Below, in pieces: positions 8,214 through 18,724 of a DNA stretch of 35,323 nt (position 1 is its first letter; every line of letters begins with the position of its first letter). The notes beneath the pieces are model-generated. The model was not told the DNA's origin and ran no database searches. It saw only the letters and a list, made by a program, of their open reading frames with translations. The translations under genes were made by a program, and so were the position numbers. The stretch is from positions 1 to 35,323 of the forward strand of contig DAIDJN010000023.1 of assembly GCA_027451365.1 (NCBI GenBank), written 5' to 3'. This DNA comes from Phycisphaerales bacterium. GTDB taxonomy: Bacteria > Planctomycetota > Phycisphaerae > WQYP01.

Positions 8214-9521
8214 ATGGCTGGTGGAAACGACACGCCATTTAATATTGAAGTTTCAACGCGCATCAAGCGACTGCCTCCCTACTTGTTTGCCCGCATAAAT
8301 GCGCTGAAAGCCGCCAAACGCCGCGCGGGGCATGATGTGATCGATCTGGGAATGGGCAATCCGATCGACCCGTCGCCTGAATTTGTCGTTGAAAAACTGG
8401 TGCAGGCCGCCCACGACGCGCGCAATCATCGCTATTCGGTCAGCATCGGGCTTTACAACCTGCGTCGCGAAGTGGCAATGAAATACAAACGCCGTTACGG
8501 GGTGGATCTGGACCCGGAAACCGAAGTGGTCGCCACCATCGGTTCCAAGGAAGGATTTTCGCACCTGATGCTGGCCCTTCTTGGCGCTGGCGATACGGTG
8601 GTGGTGGGCGATCCGGCCTATCCGATTCACATGTACGCGGTCGCCCTGGCTGGCGCCAATGTCATCAGTGTTCCGCTGGGCAATGATGAGGCCTTTCTGG
8701 CCCGCATTGAACATGTCCTGAAGAACCTGTATCCGCGGCCGAAACTGCTGATTTTCAATTATCCCCATAATCCGTCCGCAATGACGGTCGAACCGCTGTT
8801 TTATCAGCAGGTGGTCGCGCTGGCACGCAAATATAATGTCCTGGTCATCAGCGATTTTGCCTATGGCGAAACCTGCTTCGACAGCTACCAGGCCCCATCC
8901 TTTCTGGCCACCCCCGGCGCCAAGGATGTCGGCGTCGAATTCACCACCATGAGCAAGCCATACAATATGGCTGGCTGGCGCGTCGGCTTCTGCTGCGGCA
9001 ACGCCGAAATGGTTCGGGCGCTCTCCACCATCAAGGGATATTATGACTATGGTCATTTTGCTCCGATACAGGTCGCCAGTATTCTGGCACTTCGCAAGGG
9101 AGATGACTTCGTTAAAAGCCAGGCCGTCATTTACCAGAAGCGCCGCGATGTTCTGGTAACCGGTCTGCGCAAACTCGGCTGGGAAGTTGAATCGCCACGA
9201 GCCAGCATGTTTGTCTGGGCCAAGGTGGCCGACAAACATTTAATGGGACAAGGCACCATTGATTTTTCCTTGCGACTTCTGGAAGAGGCCGATGTCGCCG
9301 TGGCTCCGGGACGCGGCTTTGGCGAGAACGGAGAAGGCTTTGTACGGATTGCCCTGGTGGAGAACGACCTGCGCATCAAACAGGCGCTCCGCCAGATGGA
9401 TGCCTGTTTGAATGGCCGCAAAAAGCATCAGCGCCCCAGCAACCTTCCGGCAAAATCCGGCGAAGAATCCGCCCATGACGAAGCTACCGTACAGGACCAG
9501 ACCAACATTATTGGCGGCTAA
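8214..9521 (+). CDS. PLP-dependent class I/II aminotransferase (AlaC / LL-DAP aminotransferase-like)
   Basis: [31 protein letters not shown], the PLP-lysine motif [12 protein letters not shown], and GEGFVRIAL. Confidence 0.92.
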   Translation: MAGGNDTPFNIEVSTRIKRLPPYLFARINALKAAKRRAGHDVIDLGMGNPIDPSPEFVVEKLVQAAHDARNHRYSVSIGLYNLRREVAMKYKRRYGVDLDPETEVVATIGSKEGFSHLMLALLGAGDTVVVGDPAYPIHMYAVALAGANVISVPLGNDEAFLARIEHVLKNLYPRPKLLIFNYPHNPSAMTVEPLFYQQVVALARKYNVLVISDFAYGETCFDSYQAPSFLATPGAKDVGVEFTTMSKPYNMAGWRVGFCCGNAEMVRALSTIKGYYDYGHFAPIQVASILALRKGDDFVKSQAVIYQKRRDVLVTGLRKLGWEVESPRASMFVWAKVADKHLMGQGTIDFSLRLLEEADVAVAPGRGFGENGEGFVRIALVENDLRIKQALRQMDACLNGRKKHQRPSNLPAKSGEESAHDEATVQDQTNIIGG

Positions 9522-9666
9522 ACCGGCCTGCGAAGGTCAGTTGCTCAGCCACAATCGCGACGGTCGGGACAATTCCGTATTTTAATATCGTGATTCGTCG
9601 GGTATCGCCAGAGGCCAAGAATCCAAAGAATTCCGGGAACACGAACCGCTCAAACCGGACAGGCGG

Positions 9667-10191
9667 ATGACCGTGGTTCGCACAACGGACCTGCTGATCA
9701 TCCGCATTCGCCGTGCCTCCACTTTCTGGCCGCCGGTAACGCTGATTGCCGTATTCGGCATTCTGCTGCCAATTGTATGCGGGGTGGTCGGTACGGGTGT
9801 TGTTTTTCTTCTGCACTCATTCAGACAAGGCCAGTTCTTGAGTGGCGTAAGCGCCCTGGCAACAGCCTGCCTGTTGATTGCTGAACCGATCCGTCTGTTG
9901 GTGCAAACACAATGGCTTTTTCCGAAGCGTACACGCGCATTGACCAACTCCGATATCAAGACCTTTGAAACCCGCGAACGTCTTCTGTGGGACAGTTATG
10001 GCGGCGCAGTGCGGGTTTATGAGCTTTGGCTGATTCAAACCAGCGGTCCACAACCCCTGCTCTTTAAAACCGTACGTATCAGCCGCGCCCGGATGAATCA
10101 ACTGGCTGTCGCGTTTGCTTCATTCCACCCGTCCGACCGCGCGGCGGGCGGAACGGTCGAAGATGCCGGCACTCCTTTACAGGATCAATAG
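9667..10191 (+). CDS. Hypothetical membrane protein
   Basis: 174 aa with two long hydrophobic segments then a soluble domain; overlaps the convergent GH26 stop by 7 bp. No family recognised. Confidence 0.5.
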   Translation: MTVVRTTDLLIIRIRRASTFWPPVTLIAVFGILLPIVCGVVGTGVVFLLHSFRQGQFLSGVSALATACLLIAEPIRLLVQTQWLFPKRTRALTNSDIKTFETRERLLWDSYGGAVRVYELWLIQTSGPQPLLFKTVRISRARMNQLAVAFASFHPSDRAAGGTVEDAGTPLQDQ

Positions 10192-10853
10192 CCCCATTGT
10201 TTCACTTGTACATGCGTAAGCACGTTTGACCGATGATACAATTGCCGCAGAAGCCGGCGGGAAATATGCATTGGTCGCGTATAGCCCGACCAACTGATTG
10301 CGTAATCCCAGTACACGCCGAATTGAAATTCCCGCCGGGCGTCCACAACGCCGCCATATTCGCTGACAGCCAGTAGCTTGCGGGGAAAATTCGGTCGGCA
10401 ATTGTTCCAAAGACCAACCAGCGGATCGCGCATATCTTTTGGATACTGGTCCACACCCGCAATATCCACAAACCGGTTTCCCGGAAACCATTTTCCCGTA
10501 CCACTGGTGGTATAGACCCATATCAGGTTATGCAAACCAAAATGATGCGTGAATCGCCGGTACAGCAGTCGCCACAATTGTTTGAACGGCTTAGGCCCAT
10601 GCGCCCCCCACCAGAACCACCCGCCGGAAGCTTCATGCAAAGGTCGCCACAGTACGGGGATTCCAGCACGCTTAAATTTCAGCAGTTGCGCGGCAATCGC
10701 ATCGATATTGCTGATCATCAATTTATAATCTTTGCTGTTTCGATGCGCCAGTACATGGGCAAGATTAAATGTGGACATATGTCCTATGGGATTTAGAGCA
10801 CCTATGCGCCTGGAGAGCGCCGGAGCATAAAACATACTCATTGGCATTATCAC
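10185..10853 (-). pseudogene. N-terminally truncated GH26 beta-mannanase catalytic domain
   Basis: IDAIAAQL...GIPVLWRPLHEASGGWFWWG (acid/base HE), HNLIWV, WFPG..FVDIAGVD.Y and LLAVSEYG (nucleophile E). An in-frame TGA lies near 10900, so the first part of the TIM barrel and any signal peptide are missing. Confidence 0.8.
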
Positions 10854-11346
10854 ACAGCCTTCAAATCTGGCAAGATTCGCCGGCGCATAAAAATTTGTTC
10901 ACGGCGCAATTGACAAAATATGCCCAAGGGACCGGCGATTTTCCGGGCAATCGGCGATTGTCCTGTTTCGCGACCCAATGAATCGCTTTGCGGCCTTGCG
11001 GAATGGCTATTGGGCGGAAAATGAATGATGACCAACGCAAATGCCCAGCGAATCAATGGCAGTCGTAGAGGCGCATGGGCATGCGGACGAAGCAACCCTG
11101 CGCTGGCGGCATACTGGCACTGGAAGCCTTGCCTCTGACCGACCTGCGGCAAGCCTTCTTGAAATCCAAGTTTAAATATTCCGCCTTAAAACCCGCCCGA
11201 CCCTATAGTCAACGAGCATATCCGGGTAACGCGTTATTCCGCGTGGCATTTTGACCAGATTTCCATCGCACGGCGCCCAAGGACGCGGGATGCGCATTGG
11301 TACGGCCGCATCAGGTGCGCCGCCTGTCGCTGGTGCTCTTTTGCGC

Positions 11347-13254
11347 TTATTTCGCAATCGGAACGCGATCCGCCAATACGGTCAACAATGTCAAATACCC
11401 ATCCACCAGAAAGCCTTCATAGCCATAGCATTTTCCAGACCATGTTTTCCAGTCTTTGCTCATGCCGTCCAGGCCTTTGCCCTGAAATGTTCCCGCCTCA
11501 AAACTTTCCAGCATGGGATACAGTATCTCACGGGCTTCGTTGACGCGGCCAAGCTCGAAAAGGGACTGAATGGTGAAGTAGCAGAAACAAGCGGTGGCAC
11601 CGGCATTTTCATATTTCTGGAACCCCTGTTTACCGCCGCCACCCCAGCGTGGTGAGGTGACATTGTAATCGTCCGCGGCCACGGGTATCAGATTGCCCGG
11701 CAATCCCAGGCGAAAGTTGCGGTAGCCGGCTGACTTCATTTTAGCCAGTACCTGGTTCATGACAGAATGTTTTTGAGCGTCATTTAAAAGACCAAACGCG
11801 ACCGCTACGCTGTTTACAAAAACGAAGTGGTAATCGTGAAGCTGACCATCAGCGCTTTTCCAGCCGGCCAGCAGACCGGTGGCGGGATTAAAAAACGTTT
11901 GAAAATAGGCCGCGCGGATTTTCTCGCCGTGGGCCTTAAAAAATCCGGCGTCTGTGTGTTTTCCAATTTTATCGGCAACTTCGGTCAACATCACGCAGGC
12001 ACGGTAGGCCAGCGCATTGCAATAGGCATCCTCATGACCAAAACCGATGTTGTCCCACCAATTGGCGGGGCGATAGGAATGACCGGCGGTATAACAGCCG
12101 AGGTTGCCGCTCATGGGGTATTCAATCAGGCCGTTGCGATTATGATCGGATTGCAGCATCTTGCGGGCCCAGACATTCAGAACCGGAAATTTATCCTTGG
12201 CCCAGTTCCAATCATGCGAGGCTTGAATATATGTGCATGCGGCAATCAATAACGACGGCATGGAGTCCAAGGCATCATACGGCGTATCACTTTTCCAGGT
12301 GCTGGTGTTGGCACCTTCGTAATTGCCGGCATACCCCACCAAGCCGTAGGCCAGCATTCCGTCGCAATATCGGTCCAGCGTGTCACGAAGAATATCCAGA
12401 CAGGACAACCCCGGTGCCAATGGAGGACATCGGGCGGCCACCATTGCGTATTCATATACGGTAAACGCACAGGTATCACTTGAGGCGTTATTGGCCAGCA
12501 CGCGAAGCCTGGGATTGATCTGAAAGATATTGAGAAAATTGCGGCGAAAACCGTCATAACGCGGGTCGGATTCCAAACCGGGCAACGGTGGATAGATGGC
12601 AACAATTTCAAATGAATATTCAACGATTGGATTTGTCGCGGTGGCTGGCGGAAGGCTGATTGCAACAAACGGCGTTTTGGCGAACCGCAATGCGTCATAG
12701 CCCAACGACACCCCCGGAACATTGCAGGTAATGCGGGTGGTGCCCAGGTCCGGCAAGTGCAAAAGACAGGGCAATTGCATCGCCTGTCGGCGTTTGTCCA
12801 TCCGCCCAAGAAGTGTGGCATGGTTGGCGAGTTGATTGAAGGTAATGGTCAGCGGATTTAATGCGACCCCCCTGGCCGCGGTGCAGCGGATGACAAAATG
12901 TGTCGCCTGACAACTGAATGCCCAACCAGCCTTGGTTGGCTTTCCATTATGTTCCGCGAAATAATTGAAGGTGTTACCCGTACGGCTGACATGCCAGGCA
13001 CGTGGAGATTTTGACTTTTCCCTTAGAATCGGGTTCACCGACAGCTTGCCTTTACCAAGTGAGTCCAGACCAAACGCAACAACTTCCGGAGCGGTATCTG
13101 AAAGTGCCAGGCGATAACAGGTGGATTCAAATGCGTGCTCAGGGAAAACCGGCATCGAGTTGGCCGCCAAAGCATTACGGGGCACCGCGTCGCTGATTGC
13201 CGCAGCCGCGGCGCTGGTTGCCAGCAACCCGATAAAATGCCGTCGTTTCAGCAT
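11347..13254 (-). CDS. Tat-exported (alpha/alpha)6 six-hairpin glycosidase-like protein, family unassigned
   Basis: Twin-arginine signal MLKRRHFIGLL...ALA (start reassigned to 13254). The C-terminal helical region has DHNRNGLIE, NWWD, EDAYCNALAYRA and FQKYENAG, reminiscent of GH116/GH78/GH63-like barrels. Confidence 0.6.
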   Translation of the reverse strand: MLKRRHFIGLLATSAAAAAISDAVPRNALAANSMPVFPEHAFESTCYRLALSDTAPEVVAFGLDSLGKGKLSVNPILREKSKSPRAWHVSRTGNTFNYFAEHNGKPTKAGWAFSCQATHFVIRCTAARGVALNPLTITFNQLANHATLLGRMDKRRQAMQLPCLLHLPDLGTTRITCNVPGVSLGYDALRFAKTPFVAISLPPATATNPIVEYSFEIVAIYPPLPGLESDPRYDGFRRNFLNIFQINPRLRVLANNASSDTCAFTVYEYAMVAARCPPLAPGLSCLDILRDTLDRYCDGMLAYGLVGYAGNYEGANTSTWKSDTPYDALDSMPSLLIAACTYIQASHDWNWAKDKFPVLNVWARKMLQSDHNRNGLIEYPMSGNLGCYTAGHSYRPANWWDNIGFGHEDAYCNALAYRACVMLTEVADKIGKHTDAGFFKAHGEKIRAAYFQTFFNPATGLLAGWKSADGQLHDYHFVFVNSVAVAFGLLNDAQKHSVMNQVLAKMKSAGYRNFRLGLPGNLIPVAADDYNVTSPRWGGGGKQGFQKYENAGATACFCYFTIQSLFELGRVNEAREILYPMLESFEAGTFQGKGLDGMSKDWKTWSGKCYGYEGFLVDGYLTLLTVLADRVPIAK

Positions 13255-13488
13255 CTCCATGCTCCATTTCTGCTGCAACACATTTCCGTGGCGTTGTTGA
13301 GAATTTGCGGCGATAGCACGATTTCCGCACATATCGTCAGGCCGTTCCGGAAACGTTCGGAGGCGGATTTTACTATTCCGCTGTCGTTGACGGCCTGTGC
13401 CGACAGTCACCGGCGCGACGCACCCGATGCGTCAACGGAGCTTACCCGCCCCCGAAAGAAGGGCAAGCCCGCCTGATCGCCGCTCCTG

Positions 13489-14865
13489 TCAGGCGCGGCT
13501 CTGCCTGACTCGCTTGAGTTCCGCACCCTTAAGCGGCTTAAAGATTTTACCGCTGGTCGGCACCAGCGTTCGGCTATTCAGCGGTGGCAGCAAATCCCCA
13601 TGCGCCTCTATCAATTCATCACACATGTCCACAATTTTGTCCGGTGAAAGCATGGCTGCCGCCAGCGGATCGTACATGGCCGCCTGATAAATATGATCGC
13701 GCCGCCCTTCCACCACGGCCCGCAAAAATAATTCGTGCTGAATCAAATGGGGTTGAATATAACCGAGTAATTGCGGCGGCAATTCCCCCACAGTGGTCAG
13801 CCGCGGACCGCCGCGATCAACCAGAGTCGGGGTTTCGACAATTGCCTGATTCGGCAGGTTGGAAATTGCCCCATGATTGGGCATATTTCCATAAACCACC
13901 CGTGGGCAGCCGGTGGCAACGCTGTGAATCACCGCCGCCCCATACTCATGCGACCGCTGATGGTTAAGCGGCGTCACCAGAGTGGCCTCATGTTCCAATT
14001 CCGCAAACGTGCGGGCGGACTCATCGCACCGCCGCAAATATTCATCCACAGGAATGGCGAAGGCCTGAATGGTTTCCTGGCCATGCGGCATAAACCAGGC
14101 ATTGTATTCCGCGTTATGTTCGCTGGATTCGGTCACAAAATATCCCAGCCGCCGCATCAATTCAAACCGCACCCGATTGGAATTGTAAACATCCGGACGG
14201 TCCATTGCGGCGAATAATTTTGGATAAAGGTCCACCCCATTCTTTTTTAATTCCAGATAAAACGCCATGTGGTTAATACCAGCACAAATGAACGCGACGT
14301 CCTCCGGCTTTTCACCCAGGTACCACATCAGGTGCTCAAATGTTCCTTGCACGCTGTGGCAAAGCCCCACGGCTCGGCTGGCATGACCATGGTGGGCGAT
14401 GGTTCGCATGTTCATGCTCATGGGGTTGGCGTAGTTGAGTAAAATGGCATTCGGACATACTTCCGCCATATCACGGCACAGGTCCACCAGCATCGGGTAG
14501 CTGCGTAACGCGCGAAATATTCCGCCGGGACCAGTCGTATCCGCAATGGTAAAATTCAGGCCATATTTGCGCGGAATTTCAAAATCAACCAAGGTTGCCG
14601 AAAAGCCACCCACTTGGACCATATTGATCACGAAATCCGCGCCTTCCAGGGCTTTGCGCTGCTGAAGCGTGGCTTCAATTGTGGGGTTGACCTTTGCGCC
14701 GGCGGCAATTCTTGCGCAAAGCCTGGAACCCGTCTCCAACCGCCGCGGGTCGATGTCCATATAGGAAAAATGCGCGTTATGAAATTCCGGATAACTGAGA
14801 ATATCCCCGGTCAAATTGCGGGAAAACACCACGCTTCCGGCACCGATCATGGCGACTTTAATCAC
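13489..14865 (-). CDS. melA: GH4 NAD+/Mn2+-dependent alpha-galactosidase / alpha-glucosidase
   Basis: IGAGSVVF Rossmann motif, DFEIPRKYG, ADTTGPGGIFRALR, NYANPM, GLCHSVQ, AGINHM, TESSEH. GTG start at 14865 with GGAG upstream. Confidence 0.9.
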   Translation of the reverse strand: MIKVAMIGAGSVVFSRNLTGDILSYPEFHNAHFSYMDIDPRRLETGSRLCARIAAGAKVNPTIEATLQQRKALEGADFVINMVQVGGFSATLVDFEIPRKYGLNFTIADTTGPGGIFRALRSYPMLVDLCRDMAEVCPNAILLNYANPMSMNMRTIAHHGHASRAVGLCHSVQGTFEHLMWYLGEKPEDVAFICAGINHMAFYLELKKNGVDLYPKLFAAMDRPDVYNSNRVRFELMRRLGYFVTESSEHNAEYNAWFMPHGQETIQAFAIPVDEYLRRCDESARTFAELEHEATLVTPLNHQRSHEYGAAVIHSVATGCPRVVYGNMPNHGAISNLPNQAIVETPTLVDRGGPRLTTVGELPPQLLGYIQPHLIQHELFLRAVVEGRRDHIYQAAMYDPLAAAMLSPDKIVDMCDELIEAHGDLLPPLNSRTLVPTSGKIFKPLKGAELKRVRQSRA

Positions 14866-14949
14866 GAACAGTTGCTCCAACCTCGCGGGGCGTTCCCCAG
14901 ATGCACAAAGCCGTTTCCGGCGTCTGGTGGCGGCCCACCAAATCAGGCA

Positions 14950-15480
14950 TCATTGAACCGTCAATACTTCCAGAATACCCCGACAGAACGCGGGCAGGTC
15001 ATCGGGCTTGCGGCTGGATACAAAATGGCGGTCTACCACAACTGGCGCATCTTCCCAGTGGGCACCGGCGTTAATCAGATCGTCCTTTATTCCAGGAGAG
15101 CCGGTGACGCGAGCTCCTTTATAGACGCCCGCCGAAATCGGAATCCAGCCACCATGGCACACGGCCGCGATCAATTGCCGCTTCTGATGGAAATGCTGGA
15201 CAAGCGCTTTGACCTTGGGGTCGCGGCGGAGCTTGTCCGGAGCAAAGCCGCCAACACAAACCAGCCCGTGGAATTGATTCCCATCTAATTCGGCAATAGC
15301 GGTATCTGAAACCGCAGGATACCCATGCTTGCCCGTGTAGCGCTGTCCGGCCTTTGCCCCCGCCAGAACCACGGTTGCTCCGGCTTCCTGCAGTCGATAT
15401 TTTGGATACCAAAGTTCGAGGTCTTCGTATACGTCATCCACAAACATGAGGATGGAAGTATTGTTCAACGGCTCGCTCAT
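14950..15480 (-). CDS. PfpI/DJ-1 family type 1 glutamine amidotransferase-like protein (protease/deglycase)
   Basis: YEDLELWYP, GGFAPDKLR, nucleophile elbow AVCHG, SSRKPDDLPAF. Confidence 0.92.
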   Translation of the reverse strand: MSEPLNNTSILMFVDDVYEDLELWYPKYRLQEAGATVVLAGAKAGQRYTGKHGYPAVSDTAIAELDGNQFHGLVCVGGFAPDKLRRDPKVKALVQHFHQKRQLIAAVCHGGWIPISAGVYKGARVTGSPGIKDDLINAGAHWEDAPVVVDRHFVSSRKPDDLPAFCRGILEVLTVQ

Positions 15481-15572
15481 GGGTCACCTTTTTCTACCGG
15501 CGCGTTTGCATTGGTCGCCGCGACCGGTGTTGCAACGTTGCCCAACGGGGCATATTTCCCGCGCATTGGCCG

Positions 15573-15812
15573 CTAATTCATTGAACATGAACCGGGCATT
15601 TTGCCGCATCCGCACATGCCGCCACCACCCGCAGCCGGTGCGCCCGCGCTGGCGGCGGCTCCGCTCTTAACCGCGAAGACCGACATTTTCCGCCGCGTTT
15701 TTGCCGAATCGCAATGCGGGCATCTGGTTTTGACACCGGTTGACTGCATCGTGGGCGCAAGATAGTCAAATGTTTTTCCGCAGGCATTGCACTCAAATTC
15801 GTAGACAGGCAT
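15573..15812 (-). CDS. FmdB-family zinc-ribbon protein
   Basis: MPVYEFECNACG...CPHCDS...S.F pattern, with a Gly/Cys-rich tail (CGCGKMPGSC). Confidence 0.88.
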   Translation of the reverse strand: MPVYEFECNACGKTFDYLAPTMQSTGVKTRCPHCDSAKTRRKMSVFAVKSGAAASAGAPAAGGGGMCGCGKMPGSCSMN

Positions 15813-15939
15813 TTGCAAATCTCCAACAGGCCATGGCGGGCATTCCCGCGTTTATCGGCATTCTATATTAGCCTTCCGGGCCGCCCGTTGCCAGTTTCAC
15901 CGCAATGCCGCCGAGTCCGTCCGCCCGTGGCACCGGGGC

Positions 15940-17367
15940 TTATGCCCGCAGAATATGCGGGTACCGCCGATACGTTTGAATAACCAGTTCGCCAAACATG
16001 GCGTTGGCCATGGCAAACCACGGCCTGGTAAACTGGGCCGGATTATTTTTGTGAAACGATTCGTGCATAAATCCGGTACCGGCCGAGGAGTTCTTAAGTT
16101 CGCCAATGGCCCAGGCGGTTTCCGTGGCGTTGCTCGCGGTCAGACCGTAAAGAATCAGGCTTAACGGCCAGACGGTATTGGTTCCGGTATGCGGACTGCC
16201 GATGCCGGAAAATTTTCCCTTGCAGAACCATGGGTTCGCCCGGCTCCAGCAGAATGCGCGTGTGGCCTTGTACAGCGGATCATGCGGCGCACAAACACCC
16301 ATGAACGGCAAAGCCAGAAGGCTGGGCGGATTGGCATCATCCATCATGAGTTTATTGCCCATGCCATCCACTTCGTAGGCATAAATGCGGCCAAACTGGG
16401 GATGATTCACAATGCCATATTTGTTTATGGCGGTCTGAATTTCCTTCGCCAGCGACCGGCAAGAGGCCGCACGGGTTTGGTCGCCGTGAATTTTTTCATG
16501 CATATGGGCCAATTGTTGCAAGCTAAGCGCGGCAAACAGATTATCCGGAATATGCAGAGGATAGGTGACCGCATCATCTGAAGGTCGGAACCGTGTGAAT
16601 ATCATTCCGCACGCCTTGCCCGGAGGCCCATAGGCGGACTTGGGCACAGGTGTCCGCCGGGCCGGCGCGGGGCGCTGAAAATAATATGGACCGAGTCCGT
16701 CGAAATGCTGCTGCGCCCGAAACGTCTGAATAATGCGGTCCATGGCGGCGGTCCAATTGGCATCAAATGGAGAGGTATCGCCGCTGGTTTGCCAATAGCC
16801 ATGGCTCAATCGAATCACCGAGCAAAGCGAATCAACTTCCCATTTATGTTCCCACACGCCGGGCGACATGTGCGTAAGGTCATCTTCCCAGGGGGAATGC
16901 TGTGCCGCATTTTTCAGATAGGCGTTGGCATACGGGGCCAAGCGCACATTGTGCACCATCCGATTGATCACACCTTTGATCATGGATTGCAGACGCGCAT
17001 CCTGTTTTACCAGCGGAAGATAGGGCCACATCTGATCCATGGTATCGCGCTGCCACATGGCTGGTATATCGCCGGTCAGCACAAAGGTATCCGGCTGCCC
17101 ATGGCGGTTTTCGATCTCCACTGTGGTATCCAGCGGGTTCGGATAGCAATTGGTGAAAAGCCACGCCAGTTTCGGATCTCCAATCTCGGCGCTGATGGTT
17201 TTAATTGTCTGTTCCACGGCGCTGGACACAAAACGCCGTTTCGCCAGGGCCGGGCGTCGCGATGCATATTTTCCGGAATTCGGACTGGCCGCGGCGGTCA
17301 GGGAAGCGCCTGACTGTATACAGGCAGCCGCCGTGGTGGAAACAATAAAATGACGTCGGGTTAGCAT
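15940..17367 (-). CDS. Tat-exported GH125 exo-alpha-1,6-mannosidase
   Basis: Signal MLTRRHFIV (start 17367, AAGGTG upstream); TGDIPAMWQRD, PYANA, EHKWEVDSL, FRPSDD, MDDAN.PSLL, HESF, FTRPWFAMAN. Confidence 0.92.
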   Translation of the reverse strand: MLTRRHFIVSTTAAACIQSGASLTAAASPNSGKYASRRPALAKRRFVSSAVEQTIKTISAEIGDPKLAWLFTNCYPNPLDTTVEIENRHGQPDTFVLTGDIPAMWQRDTMDQMWPYLPLVKQDARLQSMIKGVINRMVHNVRLAPYANAYLKNAAQHSPWEDDLTHMSPGVWEHKWEVDSLCSVIRLSHGYWQTSGDTSPFDANWTAAMDRIIQTFRAQQHFDGLGPYYFQRPAPARRTPVPKSAYGPPGKACGMIFTRFRPSDDAVTYPLHIPDNLFAALSLQQLAHMHEKIHGDQTRAASCRSLAKEIQTAINKYGIVNHPQFGRIYAYEVDGMGNKLMMDDANPPSLLALPFMGVCAPHDPLYKATRAFCWSRANPWFCKGKFSGIGSPHTGTNTVWPLSLILYGLTASNATETAWAIGELKNSSAGTGFMHESFHKNNPAQFTRPWFAMANAMFGELVIQTYRRYPHILRA

Positions 17368-17406
17368 GGCTGTCACCTTTTGAAAAATGCCGAAAACATG
17401 CGTCAA

Positions 17407-18588
17407 TTAACGCACTGGTCGCAAACGATCCGCCAGTTCAAAATAAGACTCCCCCACCGCGGCCTGATCAATCAGCCGCAGTGGCCGGTTCCGCTTTGGT
17501 GGATGGTCCCATGCGGAGCCGTAAAGGCCATGTCCGTCTGTGCAATGTTCCCAGACAAAGTTCATGACCCTAACGGCCAGATTGCCCCATTTGCCCTGTT
17601 TATCGTATTGGTTCAGCCGAACAAATGCGGTAATCAGAACCCACGCAAACGCCCCGGGATTGCTGATCGCGCCCGTGGTTGAATTCACCCACCGTTTTTG
17701 AGCCGCCAGGGCCAGTTGCTCGGCGCGCCGCAGGAACACAGATTCGGGTGTTATCCGGTAAAACTGGCAATTGGCAATAATCATTGCGGCGGTGTTGTAG
17801 GACCATTTTGTACGATCTATTCTCCCCGTCAGATCAATATGATCAAAATACAAGTGGTCGCGGCGGTCCAGCAGGCGGCGATTGACCCATTTATACAGCC
17901 GCTGCGCAGTTTGAAGATAACGTTTTTGACGGGTCGCGCGGTAAAGCTTTAATGCGTCCACGATTGCCGGCGCATTGGAACAGGTGTTTTTTGAATTCCT
18001 GTTCTGTTCCAACCAGAAAATTCCACCACCCAGGCGCGGACTTTCGCCACTTAAAACAAACCGAAATGTTGCCTGGGCCTGCTCCAGATATTGCGGGTCA
18101 TGAGTTGCCTGAAAGGCCCGCAGAAATCCCCAGGTCATCCATTCATTGTCATCATAATACCGATGCAGCGGACCGGGCGCGACAACATCGCCATAGCCGC
18201 CGATGCCATGATGCATGCGCCAATACGGTCCAAGGGTTCCGACAAACGATTTGAGCAGCGGCGCATGGGCGGAATTATATTCCGTGGCTGCGGCCAGCAT
18301 CAGCAGTTCAATGGACTGTGGCCAGGCGAATGCGGACTGAAACTCGAATGACGGGCCGCGGTCGGCGTGCCAGGCGGGAATTTTTTCCACCATTCGCGGC
18401 GAGCCGCGCGGCCGGAACAGCCGAAGCGTGGTTTGCAGCACACGCTGGCCGCGTTGCGCAAAAAGCGCGGCTTGTGTATTGGCCCTGATGTGTGGAGTTT
18501 CGCCATCGCACCCTGGACATCTGAGCACGAGACAAATGAGCACTCCCGCCACGGTGCGCGGCGATGCCAATTTATAGAACAGATTCAT
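17407..18588 (-). CDS. GH76 endo-alpha-1,6-mannanase-like protein, exported
   Basis: Catalytic YYDDNEW motif, GGGIFW, KNTCSNAP, WSYN; N-terminal hydrophobic signal with Cys residues. Confidence 0.9.
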   Translation of the reverse strand: MNLFYKLASPRTVAGVLICLVLRCPGCDGETPHIRANTQAALFAQRGQRVLQTTLRLFRPRGSPRMVEKIPAWHADRGPSFEFQSAFAWPQSIELLMLAAATEYNSAHAPLLKSFVGTLGPYWRMHHGIGGYGDVVAPGPLHRYYDDNEWMTWGFLRAFQATHDPQYLEQAQATFRFVLSGESPRLGGGIFWLEQNRNSKNTCSNAPAIVDALKLYRATRQKRYLQTAQRLYKWVNRRLLDRRDHLYFDHIDLTGRIDRTKWSYNTAAMIIANCQFYRITPESVFLRRAEQLALAAQKRWVNSTTGAISNPGAFAWVLITAFVRLNQYDKQGKWGNLAVRVMNFVWEHCTDGHGLYGSAWDHPPKRNRPLRLIDQAAVGESYFELADRLRPVR

Positions 18589-18696
18589 TAAGACAGTCCG
18601 CCGATCTTAAACGACGCTTCAGCAAAAACCCAAAACAGGTCCAGCTCACTCACACATTATCATAACAACGGCTGACTGGTCAATATAACAACTTTC

Positions 18697-18724
18697 ATTA
18701 ATGCCAGCGACGGTACGCATTAAT
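18697..18724. promoter_or_regulatory. Perfect 8-bp inverted repeat ATTAATGC-N12-GCATTAAT, candidate operator
   Basis: Lies in the AT-rich divergent intergenic region, ~110 bp upstream of the GH76 start. Confidence 0.35.

Noticed and set aside
8253..9239. Long antisense ORFs (328 aa here; also 2721-3404, 14614-15288 and 26610-27329)
   Set aside because: Shadow frames of GC-rich genes with clear products on the opposite strand.
10850..11346. Small ORFs of 100 aa and 61 aa between GH26 and the Tat glycosidase
   Set aside because: No motifs or ribosome-binding sites; probably non-coding or decayed DNA.
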